DNA of 64,000 bases from an uncultured Desulfosarcina sp. (GCA_963674945.2 CAXXWQ010000004.1:544001-608000), one strand, 5' to 3'. Counted from the first letter of the stretch, positions 39,513-50,706 are shown. The notes: generated by a model from the letters alone, not told the origin. Made by a program: numbers and translations.

Positions 39513-40910
39513 ATGATAGAAGAGATTCTGGTCGTTAGTGACAGTCCGGAAGTGGTAGCGCTGATTCACGGTGCCATTGGCAAAAAGTCCAATGTGAGCT
39601 GTGAAAAAGAGCTTTCGGGCGCGTTAGCATCGATGAAACAGCAATTCGATCTGATTTTCATCGATCTGGCCCCGTTGGGGAATGATATCGTAGGCCCGTT
39701 GGAAGACGCCATCCGGCATTTCCGCAGACACCATCAGCAGACCCAATTTGTGGTACTGGCGCCCAAAGAGAATGTGCGCCGCGCCGTTGAAGCGGTGAAA
39801 CTCGGTGCCAACGACTATTTGACCTATCCCATCGAAAGCGCCGAGATACGACTGGTTCTGGAAACCGCAAAAGAAGGGATCGCAAAAAATCTGGAACTGG
39901 AATACCTGCGGGACAAATTCTGGAAGTCGGATTGGATGGAGATTATCCAGACCCGCAATCCTGCCATGCGGTTAGTTTTCGAAAATGTCCGTAGCGTGGC
40001 CCCGACCATTGCCACCGTATTGCTTACGGGGGAAACGGGAACGGGAAAGGGCTTGATGGCCAGGTTGATTCATTGGCACAGCCACAGAAGTGACGGCCCG
40101 TTTGTTGCCGTTCACTGCGGCGCCATCCCCGAGACCCTGATCGAAAGTGAACTTTTCGGTCATGAAAAGGGCGCTTTCACCGGTGCCGACCGCAGAAGAA
40201 TCGGTAAATTCGAGATGGCCCGCGACGGTACGATCTTTTTGGATGAGATTGGAACCATCACGCCGGCCGCCCAGATCAAATTGCTGCAGGTGCTGCAGGA
40301 CGGCACCTTCAACCGGTTGGGCGCCCAGGAACCGCTTTGCACCAACGCCCGTATCATTGCGGCGACAAACGCCGACCTCCAGCAGATGGCCGATTCCGGT
40401 GTATTTCGCCGGGACCTCCTCTACCGGCTTAATGTATTTCCCATCCAAATTCCCCCTTTGCGGGATCGCCTGGAGGACCTGCCTCATCTGGTCGATCTGT
40501 TTCTTGCCAATCTGAATGCCAAATACGGGAAAACCATCAAGGGCGTGCACAAGGAGGCTGTAAAAAACCTGCAGACGTATCATTGGCCCGGTAACCTGCG
40601 CGAACTGGAAAATGTTCTGGAGAGGGCCCATATTCTGGAGACCGGCGATCTGCTCATTTCGGAACATTTCCCCCAGGCATTGATGATCGGCTCCACCATC
40701 GATCAAATTATCGAGGGCCAGAGGGCGCTTTCCCTGGCCAGGGCCCGACAGCTCGCCATCGACGAATTCGAACGCCTCTACCTGATCAAACTTCTGGAAA
40801 AAAACAAAGGAAGAATCAACAGTTCGGCCGCCGAAGCCGACATCACGCCCAGACAGTTGAGCCGGCTGATATCCCGACACGGCCTGGACAAAAAAAAGTA
40901 CAAACACTAA
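39513..40910 (+). CDS. sigma54-dependent response regulator (REC-AAA-HTH)
   Basis: GETGTGKG, ESELFGHEKGAFTGA, FLDEIG, WPGNLRELEN. Confidence 0.95.
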   Translation: MIEEILVVSDSPEVVALIHGAIGKKSNVSCEKELSGALASMKQQFDLIFIDLAPLGNDIVGPLEDAIRHFRRHHQQTQFVVLAPKENVRRAVEAVKLGANDYLTYPIESAEIRLVLETAKEGIAKNLELEYLRDKFWKSDWMEIIQTRNPAMRLVFENVRSVAPTIATVLLTGETGTGKGLMARLIHWHSHRSDGPFVAVHCGAIPETLIESELFGHEKGAFTGADRRRIGKFEMARDGTIFLDEIGTITPAAQIKLLQVLQDGTFNRLGAQEPLCTNARIIAATNADLQQMADSGVFRRDLLYRLNVFPIQIPPLRDRLEDLPHLVDLFLANLNAKYGKTIKGVHKEAVKNLQTYHWPGNLRELENVLERAHILETGDLLISEHFPQALMIGSTIDQIIEGQRALSLARARQLAIDEFERLYLIKLLEKNKGRINSSAAEADITPRQLSRLISRHGLDKKKYKH

Positions 40911-41009
40911 AAATCAGAAGGCCAACATCCATCGTCCCCAAAAACGCTTCCTGCCGGATCATCGACTGCCAGCGCCAATGATGATAAACTTGTAAGATGT
41001 CGGATTTCG

Positions 41010-41132
41010 GACGGCTTTGTAAAAAGTTCGAGATCAAGGATTGCGAGTCCCGAGGAATGAGGCGTACATATAGTACGCCTCAGTGACGAGGGATGAAGCG
41101 TAACGCCGATATCGGATTTTTTACGAAGCCGT
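41010..41132. repeat. ~125-bp palindromic dispersed repeat, copy 3
   Basis: Aligns with 14340-14464; also shares a ~30-bp 5' extension (40981-41009 vs 14311-14339). Confidence 0.9.
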
Positions 41133-41159
41133 AAATGATAAAGGCGAAAGGATGGACAT

Positions 41160-42224
41160 ATGTTGCGATTTGTTAAGAGAAGTCGAAAAAAAGCCGGCAG
41201 CGCACCGGGAACGCTGGTGCACGTCGGCGAGCAGAAAACAGACCGGCCTCGCATCACCATCATGGATTATGATGATGACCAATTGACCGAACGCCGGGTA
41301 GACACGATCGATGAACTCATACCGTTCATGAACTCGCCCACAAGGACCTGGGTCAATATCGACGGGATCCACGACCTGTCCATGATCGAAAGAATCGGTG
41401 AACATTTCGGCATTCATCCGCTGACGCTGGAGGACATTGTCAACACCGGGCATCGACCCAAACTCGAATCCTTCGACAATTATCTGTTTATCGTCCTCAA
41501 AATGCTGCAACACAATACCGAAGATGGCCAGGTGACCTCCGAACAGATTAGTATCCTGCTCGGCACCCATTGGTTGATCTCTTTGCAGGAGGCGCCGGGT
41601 GATACCTTCGACCCGGTGCGTGAACGCCTCCGCAAGGGAAAGGGGCGCATCCGCAAATCAGACTGCGATTATTTGGCCTACGCCCTGATGGATAACGTCG
41701 TGGATCACTACTTTCATATTCTGGAGACAATCGGCACGCAAATCGAGGAAGTGGATGACGCCGTGACCGAAAACCCGCAGACCGATGTTCTTCAGGTTAT
41801 CCATTCGCTGAAGCAGGAGGTGATATATCTTCGCAGACAGGTGTGGCCCCTGCGTGAAATCGTAAATCACATGACAAGAGAGGAGACGGAGCTGATTCAC
41901 GACAGCACCCGGCTATATCTCGGTGACGTGTATGACCATGTGGTGCAGGTGATGGATACCATCGAGAGTTACCGCGACCTCTTGGGTGGCATGCTCGAAC
42001 TGTACATTTCCATGGTGAGCAACCGCATGAACGAGGTAATGAAGGTGCTGACCATCATCGCCACCATCTTTATTCCCATTACTTTTGTTGCCGGGATATA
42101 CGGCATGAACTTCAAATACATGCCGGAACTTGATTGGCCATGGGGATACGGCCTTGCCTGGGTCGTCATGGTTGCGATGGTCGTTGCCATGCTTCTCTTT
42201 TTCAGAAAAAAGAGATGGATGTGA
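41160..42224 (+). CDS. corA: Magnesium/cobalt transporter
   Basis: HPLTLEDI, MNEVMKVLT, GIYGMNF, MPEL. Confidence 0.95.
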   Translation: MLRFVKRSRKKAGSAPGTLVHVGEQKTDRPRITIMDYDDDQLTERRVDTIDELIPFMNSPTRTWVNIDGIHDLSMIERIGEHFGIHPLTLEDIVNTGHRPKLESFDNYLFIVLKMLQHNTEDGQVTSEQISILLGTHWLISLQEAPGDTFDPVRERLRKGKGRIRKSDCDYLAYALMDNVVDHYFHILETIGTQIEEVDDAVTENPQTDVLQVIHSLKQEVIYLRRQVWPLREIVNHMTREETELIHDSTRLYLGDVYDHVVQVMDTIESYRDLLGGMLELYISMVSNRMNEVMKVLTIIATIFIPITFVAGIYGMNFKYMPELDWPWGYGLAWVVMVAMVVAMLLFFRKKRWM

Positions 42225-42281
42225 AAGCCGGGGCAGATACTTTCTTTCGTTTCACGACCGATTCGGTCGATGGAAAGGTTG

Positions 42282-42659
42282 TCATCTGGAATCTCCCGTG
42301 CGTCGATCTTTCAGTTTTCGTATTTCGTTCAACAGCTCTTCTTCCCGCTCATGCATGTGCGCTTGCATCCCATCGAGTCGAGCCTGCATCTCTGTAACAC
42401 ATCGGCGCATGCGGAGTATAAAGTCGATGGCATTAAGGTCGAACCCCAGATCTTCATAAAAGTGCCGGATTCGGATAAGCCTGCAAACCATCTTGTCATC
42501 GTATCCCTTTTCGCCTTCAACGACTGTTGCCTGGATCAGGTTTTCCCTTTCACATTCATCGACAAATGAAATCGTGACGCGTGCCGCCCTGGCGGCCGAC
42601 GGTACGGGATAGAAGCGCCGGCGCGTATCCAGCCGGATTTCAATCGTGCTTTCGGTCAT
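42282..42659 (-). CDS. Chaperone modulator CbpM-like protein
   Basis: Start overlaps upstream J-protein stop; RL.RIR.F..DLG..L.AID pattern. Confidence 0.7.
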   Translation of the reverse strand: MTESTIEIRLDTRRRFYPVPSAARAARVTISFVDECERENLIQATVVEGEKGYDDKMVCRLIRIRHFYEDLGFDLNAIDFILRMRRCVTEMQARLDGMQAHMHEREEELLNEIRKLKDRRTGDSR

Positions 42660-43630
42660 CGTCGATCTCCTTCCCGCGTTTTTTTCCATTGTTGAATGAT
42701 CGCCTTCTCCTCGGCAGACAGGGTTTTCGGCAACGCAGCCGCTACGGTGACAAATAAATCCCCGCGTTTTTCCGGATTTCTCATCAGGGGCATTCCTAAC
42801 CCCTTTAAACGAAAAGTCCGTCCGTTCGGTGTCTGTGAAGAGATGTCCAGGCGCACCGACCTGTCGATACCGGTCACCGTCACGCTTCCTCCGAGCAGCA
42901 TCGTGAACAGGTCCACGATAATGGTTGTGCTCAAATCGTCTCCATTGCGCTGGAACCGTGAATCGGGAAGGACATCTACCATCAGGAAGAGATTCCCCGG
43001 TTCCCCCCCGCGGGCGCCCGGCGCCCCCTGGCCCTTCAAGCGTACCCGGGAGCCGGTCTGGACCCCGCGCGGTATCTTCGCCTTGATCGTGCGACCGTCC
43101 TCCCACTGCAGAGAACGCGTGGTGCCGTGAAAGGCTTCATCCAAAGTTACTGACACCCCGTACTCGCTGTCCCGGCCGTGGCGGGGAGAAGAAAAAGAAA
43201 TGTCTTCGCCACCGAATCCACCGGCCGACCTTTGCTTTGCAGTGCCACCGAAAAGGGTTTCAAAGAAATCGGAATAGCCCCCGGCGCCACCGAACAATGT
43301 CTCGAACTCTTCGGGGGTCACCGTGCGATAGGAGTAGCTGCTCTCCGATTCAGGGCGCCATTGCTCCCAATTATAACCATCGGGGTTTCCGCCGCTTTCA
43401 CGGTAGCTCTTCCATTGCGATCGGAACTGATCGTATTTTTTTCGCTTCTCCGGATCGGAAAGCACCTCCTTGGCCTCGTTGATTTCTTTGAATTTGCCCT
43501 CTGCGGCCTCGTTACCGGGATTGTGGTCCGGATGAAACTTTCTCGCCAGCTTGCGGTAGGCTTTCTTTATTTCATCCTGGCTCGCGTTGGCATCGATTTC
43601 CAGGATGCCGTAGTAGTCTTTGTACTCCAT
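42656..43630 (-). CDS. cbpA: CbpA-type DnaJ co-chaperone (no Zn finger)
   Basis: YKDYY, HPD, G/F region, C-terminal KIPRGV..G..VRL.GQG, RL.GLGMP. Confidence 0.85.
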   Translation of the reverse strand: MEYKDYYGILEIDANASQDEIKKAYRKLARKFHPDHNPGNEAAEGKFKEINEAKEVLSDPEKRKKYDQFRSQWKSYRESGGNPDGYNWEQWRPESESSYSYRTVTPEEFETLFGGAGGYSDFFETLFGGTAKQRSAGGFGGEDISFSSPRHGRDSEYGVSVTLDEAFHGTTRSLQWEDGRTIKAKIPRGVQTGSRVRLKGQGAPGARGGEPGNLFLMVDVLPDSRFQRNGDDLSTTIIVDLFTMLLGGSVTVTGIDRSVRLDISSQTPNGRTFRLKGLGMPLMRNPEKRGDLFVTVAAALPKTLSAEEKAIIQQWKKTREGDRR

Positions 43631-44096
43631 TGGCGTTTCACCGTTGATCCGTATTTGGGTATCGTTTCTTTTGAGAGTACCCGAAATGCAATGCGAAGGT
43701 AGCACAGTATGATCATATAAGACGCCTGCCGGTCAACCCAAAGATCTTTATTGTTGTTTTCAATCCATGACCGGTTCGTTCGGCCAAGCAGAACCTGTTC
43801 CTGACTGCCGGAAATGAAAAATTGTATTTACAACACGCCTGTCAATGCGCTTTATTGGCAGGGTGAAATGGACGATGGTCGAGAAAACCAATGACCGTCC
43901 GTTATTACTTGTTCGTTTTATTAGTGCATAGATGAGCAAAGGATGCCGTCAAATATATTGCACATGCCTCGTCCCGCTGCGCTGCCGGGCAGGCAATTAT
44001 CGGAAGACCTCGTATGTCCGGTTTTGGGGAGAGGAGGACATCCGCTGTCACGTTTACAAGACGATATGAAAAATTTGTGACATCGAGAATACTTTG

Positions 44097-44630
44097 ATGC
44101 CCACATTTTTGAAAACGATTTATCAGCGGTTCATACGCATAAGGGGTAATCCGCGGGAAGTTGCGCTCGGATTTGCCCTGGGCCTGTTTATCGGGTTCAC
44201 CCCAACCATGGGAGGACAAATCCTCATCTCCGTTTTTTTGGCATCCGTGTTCAAATGGAACAAAATTACAGCGGCGATCGGGGTTCAGGTCACCAATCCG
44301 TTTTCGGCACCATTGATTTACGGGTTCACCTATGTCATTGGTGCGAAACTGATCGGCGTGCAAAGGCCTGTTGATTTTGAACTCACCTTCAACTGGCATG
44401 GTATCGTCTCCATGATGGACCAGGCGCCGACAATATTCTTGTCATTGACCGTCGGTGGGATCATCATCGGCATACCTGTCGCGGCGATCGGGTATTTTGC
44501 GAGTTACGCTGCGGTTGAACGCTATCAACAAAATCTCAAAGAGAAATTGGCCCGCCAAAAAGAACGTCTACAGCAGAAAATGGCCCAGAGAAAATCCCGC
44601 AGGCAAAACAGGAAGCAGTCCCGGCACTGA
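44097..44630 (+). CDS. DUF2062-family membrane protein
   Basis: PREVALGFALGLFIGFTP, TNPF. Confidence 0.8.
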   Translation: MPTFLKTIYQRFIRIRGNPREVALGFALGLFIGFTPTMGGQILISVFLASVFKWNKITAAIGVQVTNPFSAPLIYGFTYVIGAKLIGVQRPVDFELTFNWHGIVSMMDQAPTIFLSLTVGGIIIGIPVAAIGYFASYAAVERYQQNLKEKLARQKERLQQKMAQRKSRRQNRKQSRH

Positions 44631-44712
44631 TGGCCGCTGGCTGGCATCGAACAGGGAAAGGTTGAATAGCCGATCACGGCGGACAACAATTGACCTCCCG
44701 TGTCTGTGAATT

Positions 44713-44850
44713 TTACAGCAGATAGGACTGGCACAGCACCGCGAAACCGAGGAAGGCAAAAAAGCCCACGATGTCCGTCACCGTCGTCATGATGCGACCG
44801 ACGCTTCCTTTCGGATATTCCAAAAGGTCTCGGATCTCTTTCATCTGTTT
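44713..44850 (-). pseudogene. MgtE magnesium transporter remnant
   Basis: IRDLLEYPKGSVGRIMTT fused directly to TVTDIVGFFAFLGFA. Confidence 0.8.
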
Positions 44851-44894
44851 TTTTTGAGGCGTTAGAAGGAAACCACGCAATACGAAAACAGGTT

Positions 44895-45662
44895 TCAGTG
44901 CAGCGGAATTGTTTTCACCATCGATTTCACCCCGTACCTTGCAAGCTCTTGCACCGTCAGCCATTGAAGCCCCATCCCGATCTGTTTTATCCCACCGAGT
45001 ACATCTTCCGAAAGAACCTTTTGGGTGCCATCGAAGCTGTCATGCCACAGCCGTTGGCCGGTTTCGACCCGAACGAGATAAAGGGCGAAGCCGACCGATG
45101 CGGGATTTTCCGGAATCTCTCCCTTTTCCCTGAACCGCCACACGGTTCCGACGACAATCATGTCAGCACCCAACACCTCCCCAAGCCCGACGGCGAGTTT
45201 GCGCGGCGTGTCGTTGGCCGGATTGCCGGACAGCCGGCGGTACGTTGCCGAGACAAGATCAGCCGGAACCAATCGTTCCGGGAAACGATGTTTCAATGCA
45301 TCGTAAACGATGCGGTTCATGGTCGTATCCGAACCTTCCGGCAGACTTTGGTCGTCGAAGGTCAGCTGAGACAAAGTCTTGCTCAGCGGTTTGGCGATGG
45401 TCTGGTCCGAGGCCTGCAACCGGCCACTAAGAAACGGCATCAATGCGATCCGGGAGAAACCATGGCCTTCACGTGGAATCTGAGGGGCTTTTGACGTTGC
45501 ACCACATTCGTCGCAGAAAAATTCAAAAAGCAGCAACGCGGCGGCGATAAAAACAAAGTACATCATGATGCTTTTTTTTACTGGATACACCCTTATCCTC
45601 CAACTTGAGTAAACGTCCAGACCAAGGTATTGCCACGCCGGCAGACAAATGCCGGCGCGCAC
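44895..45662 (-). CDS. Exported hypothetical protein (CsgG/LpoB-like alpha-beta fold)
   Basis: IALMPF, LGEVLGAD...VGTV..FRE, VETGQRLW; start probably near 45566. Confidence 0.65.
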   Translation of the reverse strand: MRAGICLPAWQYLGLDVYSSWRIRVYPVKKSIMMYFVFIAAALLLFEFFCDECGATSKAPQIPREGHGFSRIALMPFLSGRLQASDQTIAKPLSKTLSQLTFDDQSLPEGSDTTMNRIVYDALKHRFPERLVPADLVSATYRRLSGNPANDTPRKLAVGLGEVLGADMIVVGTVWRFREKGEIPENPASVGFALYLVRVETGQRLWHDSFDGTQKVLSEDVLGGIKQIGMGLQWLTVQELARYGVKSMVKTIPLH

Positions 45663-45812
45663 GACCGAATTGTAATCAAATTATCTGATTAGCGGATTGA
45701 ACGGCGGTACACAACATGGTAAAAGAAGATGACCGGCGATTGCCGCAGCGTTTCTGCAACGCCGGTATCTGCGCCCGGCATTTACGAAAATCCAATTCGC
45801 CCCCAAAACAAC

Positions 45813-46448
45813 ATGAACAGAGTCGAAACCATTATCACCGGAACATCCGCCCTGCTATTGACGGTATATCACCTCCATCTCTATTTCACCATACGGCGTT
45901 ATCCCGAGAGGACCGCGGTGGGAATGACCAACATGATGCGGCAAAAATGGGTCGAGACGATCATGACGGATCGGCGGGACATTCTGGCGGTGCAAACCCT
46001 GCGCAACTGGGTGATGGCATCCAGCCTGCTGGCCTCCACTGCGATCCTTATCGCCCTGGGTATCCTCAATACGGCCATTCGGCCCGGCGGTTTCAGGGAA
46101 ATCACCCAGGCATTGAACCTGGTCGGTACGCCCAGCGAAACGCTGTGGGCGGTTAAATTGATGCTGCTGGCGGTGGACTTTTTTCTGGGATTTTTCAATT
46201 TCACCCTGGCAATCCGGTACTTCAATCACGCCGGGTACGGATTGGGCCTTCCTGATCTGCACCGAGGTGTTGAAAGCCATGAATTTGTCGTGGAGGTGGT
46301 GAATCATGCAAGCTCGCATTATACCATCGGTATGCGTTGCTACTATCTGGCGATTCCTTTGGGCCTGTGGTTGTTCGGTGCCACATGGATGCTCATGGGA
46401 TCCATGTTATTGCTGGCCGTGCTCTATCGGCTGGATAGAACGGTTTGA
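45813..46448 (+). CDS. DUF599-family membrane protein
   Basis: ILAVQTLRN..MASSLLAS, GMRCYY, LWLFG. Confidence 0.85.
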   Translation: MNRVETIITGTSALLLTVYHLHLYFTIRRYPERTAVGMTNMMRQKWVETIMTDRRDILAVQTLRNWVMASSLLASTAILIALGILNTAIRPGGFREITQALNLVGTPSETLWAVKLMLLAVDFFLGFFNFTLAIRYFNHAGYGLGLPDLHRGVESHEFVVEVVNHASSHYTIGMRCYYLAIPLGLWLFGATWMLMGSMLLLAVLYRLDRTV

Positions 46449-46481
46449 ATGGCGAATTAAAGATTATGGTCGAGACAATAG

Positions 46482-47390
46482 ATGAACTGGAACGCTCTTT
46501 TCTTTGAGACCCCTTTTTTCACCCGCCTGCTCAGCACCCTGGTGCTCATCGCCGTCGCCGTAAGCGTCCGGACCATCGTCGTCCGCCGATTGATGAAAAA
46601 AGAGGAAGTGGACGCCACGAGCCGGCGTCGGTGGATCGTGACGGCCAGAAACATCACGTTTCTCGTCGCGTTCATCATCATTGTGGTAATCTGGCTGGAA
46701 CAGCTGAGGGCCGTGGCCGCCACCATTGTGGTGATCGCCGCGGCCATCGTCGTGGCCACCAAGGAGTTTTTGCTCAACATCATCGGATTCATTTACCAAA
46801 GCACCGCCAAATTTGCAGAAGTGGGAGATCGCATCGAGATCGATGGAATCCGCGGGGACCTCATCGACCAGAGTATGCTGGGCTTCACATTGATGGAGAT
46901 CGGTTCCGGTGAGAAAACAAACCAGTATACCGGCCTCACTATTCACGTGCCCAATGTCCGGTACCTGTCGGGCATCGTTAAAAACGAAACCCGCATGTGG
47001 GGGGACTATGTGTTTCACCTGATTACGATTCCCATCGACAATACACCGGAATGGACACTTTCCGAAAAAGCCCTGCTGACGGCGGCCGACGAAGTCGTTC
47101 GGCCATACATTCATGTCGCCAAACGATATATGACTACCAGGGCACGCCACCAGAGCCTGGACGAGCCCAATGTCGATCCCCGGGTGAACATACAAATGTC
47201 GTCTCCAAGCCTGCTGAACCTGATTCTCCGGATACCCGTCCCCACCCGCCACCGCGGGAGAGTGGAGCAGGAGGTGACGCGCCGTTATATGACGATATTG
47301 GATGAAATGAAAAAGCGGCAGCCGGCCTCATCCAGCGGCGAAAAGCCTGCCGAGACCATAGATTCTTCAGAGTCCCCTGAACCGGCATAG
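46482..47390 (+). CDS. Small-conductance mechanosensitive channel (MscS family)
   Basis: TM helices, VGDRIEIDGIRGD.ID, VPN. Confidence 0.85.
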   Translation: MNWNALFFETPFFTRLLSTLVLIAVAVSVRTIVVRRLMKKEEVDATSRRRWIVTARNITFLVAFIIIVVIWLEQLRAVAATIVVIAAAIVVATKEFLLNIIGFIYQSTAKFAEVGDRIEIDGIRGDLIDQSMLGFTLMEIGSGEKTNQYTGLTIHVPNVRYLSGIVKNETRMWGDYVFHLITIPIDNTPEWTLSEKALLTAADEVVRPYIHVAKRYMTTRARHQSLDEPNVDPRVNIQMSSPSLLNLILRIPVPTRHRGRVEQEVTRRYMTILDEMKKRQPASSSGEKPAETIDSSESPEPA

Positions 47391-47440
47391 TGATCCGAGG
47401 CAACGATTATCGGGGATGAATCGCGACAAGGAAGAATGAA

Positions 47441-48381
47441 ATGAAGACAGAAATAACCAATCATCCTGTTCCGGCCCTTGTTTTCCTGGCCATTTTTATG
47501 CTGATCCTATTCGGTGGTGAGGCGGGTGCCCATGCCGCCACCAACCCGAAGACCTTTTCCGGTCTGGTAAAAAAAGCCGGCCCGAGTGTGGTGAATATCC
47601 TGGTCACCAAGGTAGTCAAAACCGATGGGACGGATCAGTCCCCCTTCGGATCCGACGACCCTTTCCGGGATTTTTTCGACCGCTATTTCGGCAACAGAAT
47701 GCCGCGCGAATACCGTCAGGGAGCCCTGGGCACCGGATTTGTCATCGACGCCAAGGGAAAGTACACAGGGCCTATCTGGGAGTGATGATTCAGGATATTA
47801 CACCCGAACTGAAGAAGAAACTACGGCTGGAAACGGAAAACGGTGCATTGGTTTCCGATATAGCACCCGATGGACCGGCAGCCAAGGCCGGTATTCTGCG
47901 CGGCGACGTCATCACCGCGGTGGACGGCAAAACGGTGAAGAGTTCCCGGGATCTTCCGATCATGATCGCCGCCAAACCCATCGGCAAGCCGGTTGCGCTG
48001 AAGTTGCTGCGCCAGGGAAAAAAGATCGTTCTGAATGTGACCACGACGGAAATGACCGATGAAGAACCGACCGCCCAGCCCCAGGAAGATGTGTACGCCA
48101 AATTCGGCATGTCCATTCAGACCCTGACAGCCGATGTGGCCAGGGCATACGGCCTGCTGCGCTCTCAGGGGATACTTGTCATGCAGGTGGCCCAGGGATC
48201 GCCTGCGGCCGAAGCCGGTCTTCAGCCGGGCGATGTGATCATCGAGGTGGACCAGCGGGAGGTTTCCAACTTGGATGCCTTCCAACGATCGGTCGAGAAA
48301 GAGGAAAAAGGGGAATCCCTTCTGCTGCTCGTGGACCGGGGCGGCAGCACAATATTTCTGACCATGGCGCCGTTGCAATAA
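47441..48381 (+). pseudogene. DegP/HtrA remnant: protease domain deleted, two PDZ domains retained
   Basis: PSVVNI...GTGFVIDAKG joins to (HRAYLG)VMIQDITPEL with a frameshift near 47760; no TNNHV or GNSGG. Confidence 0.85.
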
Positions 48382-48417
48382 GGAATGGGGGAAAAAGGAA
48401 AGTTGGATATAAAAATT

Positions 48418-48551
48418 TGATTCGTCGTATTCAAACCGGGTGCTTTGCACCCGGAACCAACCCCAACAATGAAAGCACTGATGTGCTTATAGATATCCGG
48501 GCTATGGCCGAATATCCAAGCCACTCGTTTTGCTGGTGGTCGTTGCCTCTC
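48418..48551. repeat. ~135-nt multi-hairpin dispersed repeat, copy B
   Basis: Aligns with reverse complement of 19056-19190. Confidence 0.8.
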
Positions 48552-48595
48552 ATGAAAAAAAACATGCCTCGAGCATGGCTATACATGGAAAAGTT

Positions 48596-50152
48596 TTACA
48601 CGCCTTTTTGTCCGTCCGGTACGGTTTTCCATACGATTTCATATAATTCCTTACGTCGACTTTGCAGATTGCGGACACTTCCCTGTTGCCGAAGCTCTTT
48701 CAGCAGATCCAGGTCCAGATCCACCATCAGCGTCATCTCCGTGTTGGGTGTCGCTTCTGCGGCAATGGCATCATGGGGGAACGCAAAATCCGATGGCGTG
48801 AAGACTGCCGACTGCGAGTACTGGATATCCATGTTTTCGATTTTCGGCAGGTTGCCCACGCTGCCGGAAATGGCCACATAGCATTCGTTCTCGATTGCCC
48901 TGGCCTGGGCGCAACGGCGAACCCGGAGGTAGGCGTTTTTCGTGTCGGTCCAAAAGGGTACGAATAGGATCGTCATTCCCTGGTCCACAAGATAACGTGC
49001 CAATTCGGGGAATTCCACGTCATAGCAGATGAGGATGCCGATTTTGCCGATATCGGTGTTGAATATTCGGATTTCATCCCCCCCTTTTAGTCCCCAGTAT
49101 TGAAATTCGTCCGGTGTAATATGCAGCTTGTACTGGGCACCCCAGGTGCCGTCCCGGCGGCATAAATAGGACACATTGTACAGATTGCCGTCTTTGAGCA
49201 GGGGCATGCTGCCCGCGATGATATTGGTGTTATAGGAAATGGCCATATTGACGAAGGCGGACTGGATTTTTTCGGTATATTCCGCCAGTGACCGCATGGC
49301 TTCGGCGGTGTTTTCCTGGTTAAAGTTTTTCAACAGCGGTGCATTGAGCAACTCCGGAAACAGCACCAGATCCGAATTATATCCCGCAACCGCATCGACG
49401 AAGAATTCCGCCTGCTGCAAAAAATCGTCCAGGTTGTTGAAGGGCCGCATCTGCCATTGTACGACACCGATTCTGGGGTAGGATTTCCTGCCGCCGAAAA
49501 GCGTAGGCCGTTTCTCATAATGGATATTGTTCCACTCCATCAGGACCCCGTAAGCTTCGGACTGGGTGTCTTCGGGAATGTAATTTTTAACGATGTTTTT
49601 GATGTGAAAATCATTTGACAGCTGAAAGGACAACACCGGGTCGTAAATTTCGTTTGCCTTAACTTTTCTGATATATTCGGAAGGCGACAGTTTGCCGGAA
49701 TGTTCGGCATACCCCGGAATTCGCCCGCCGAAGATAATGCTTTTCAGGTTCAGCTTCTCGCACAACTCCTTGCGGGCATCGTAGAGTCGTCTTCCAAGAC
49801 GCAGCCCGCGGTAGTCCGGATCGACAAATATGTCGACGCCGTAAAGTGTATTTCCATCCGGATCGTGCGCCGACATCTTCCCCCCGCCGACAACATCGTT
49901 ATACGTATGACGTCTTTCGAAATCCTCTGCGTTCACAAGAACGGAGAGGGCTGCGGCAACAACCTTTCCGTTATCCTCAATACAAATCTGTCCTTCGGGA
50001 AAATGACCGATCAGTGTGTCGTATTCATGGGGCTGCCATGCGCCGCCCATCCCCTTGTACACCCGGTCCATAATTTCTTTGATATAAGAATAGTCTTCGT
50101 GTTGTAATCCGCGAAGTACCAGTTTGTATTCGGTCTGTTCCGTTTTTGTCAT
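48596..50152 (-). CDS. GNAT acetyltransferase / carbon-nitrogen hydrolase (nitrilase superfamily) fusion
   Basis: VDPDYRGLRLGRRLY; FPE, QYKLH, ICYDVEFPE catalytic triad motifs. Confidence 0.92.
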   Translation of the reverse strand: MTKTEQTEYKLVLRGLQHEDYSYIKEIMDRVYKGMGGAWQPHEYDTLIGHFPEGQICIEDNGKVVAAALSVLVNAEDFERRHTYNDVVGGGKMSAHDPDGNTLYGVDIFVDPDYRGLRLGRRLYDARKELCEKLNLKSIIFGGRIPGYAEHSGKLSPSEYIRKVKANEIYDPVLSFQLSNDFHIKNIVKNYIPEDTQSEAYGVLMEWNNIHYEKRPTLFGGRKSYPRIGVVQWQMRPFNNLDDFLQQAEFFVDAVAGYNSDLVLFPELLNAPLLKNFNQENTAEAMRSLAEYTEKIQSAFVNMAISYNTNIIAGSMPLLKDGNLYNVSYLCRRDGTWGAQYKLHITPDEFQYWGLKGGDEIRIFNTDIGKIGILICYDVEFPELARYLVDQGMTILFVPFWTDTKNAYLRVRRCAQARAIENECYVAISGSVGNLPKIENMDIQYSQSAVFTPSDFAFPHDAIAAEATPNTEMTLMVDLDLDLLKELRQQGSVRNLQSRRKELYEIVWKTVPDGQKGV

Positions 50153-50706
50153 TGCCGTTCCGTATTTGATTTGTAAATCCCTTAATTTCCGAGAACATAT
50201 TTTCCATGCGTCGTATGATCCGCACCGTCAATAGGATTCGCGGCCCTTCATCATGCCAAAGAGAGGCAAGAAGAAGAGATACAACCACATTGGCACATTG
50301 CTCACGATAGTGATTAGAATTCCCTGGCCGCTTTGTCAAACGCAACTTGCAGTCTCTTGCAACTCTCCCTGTGAAGCCGGTCTTGACATCCTCCCGGACT
50401 TTGCCGGATCTTTGTTTCCATACGCCATACCACCCCGCCGCCTGGATGCCCTGTTTTCCAAAAGCTTCATTGACAATGACGCACATCAGCAGAATCGAAC
50501 TGTATTTAGGATCGGAAAGGGTGTGATGTGTTCTGGTAAAATTTGACAGAATGGAAAACTTCATGACAAGGTATCATGTCTCCATAATGCCTCAACAACC
50601 CAAGACGTAATGATCGACAAACCAATTCATTATGTTCATTCAAAACTCTATCAAGATGGCATATTGCTTGCTTTTCTTCGGTTTGAAAAAAAAGTGGAGA
50701 GTGCCC

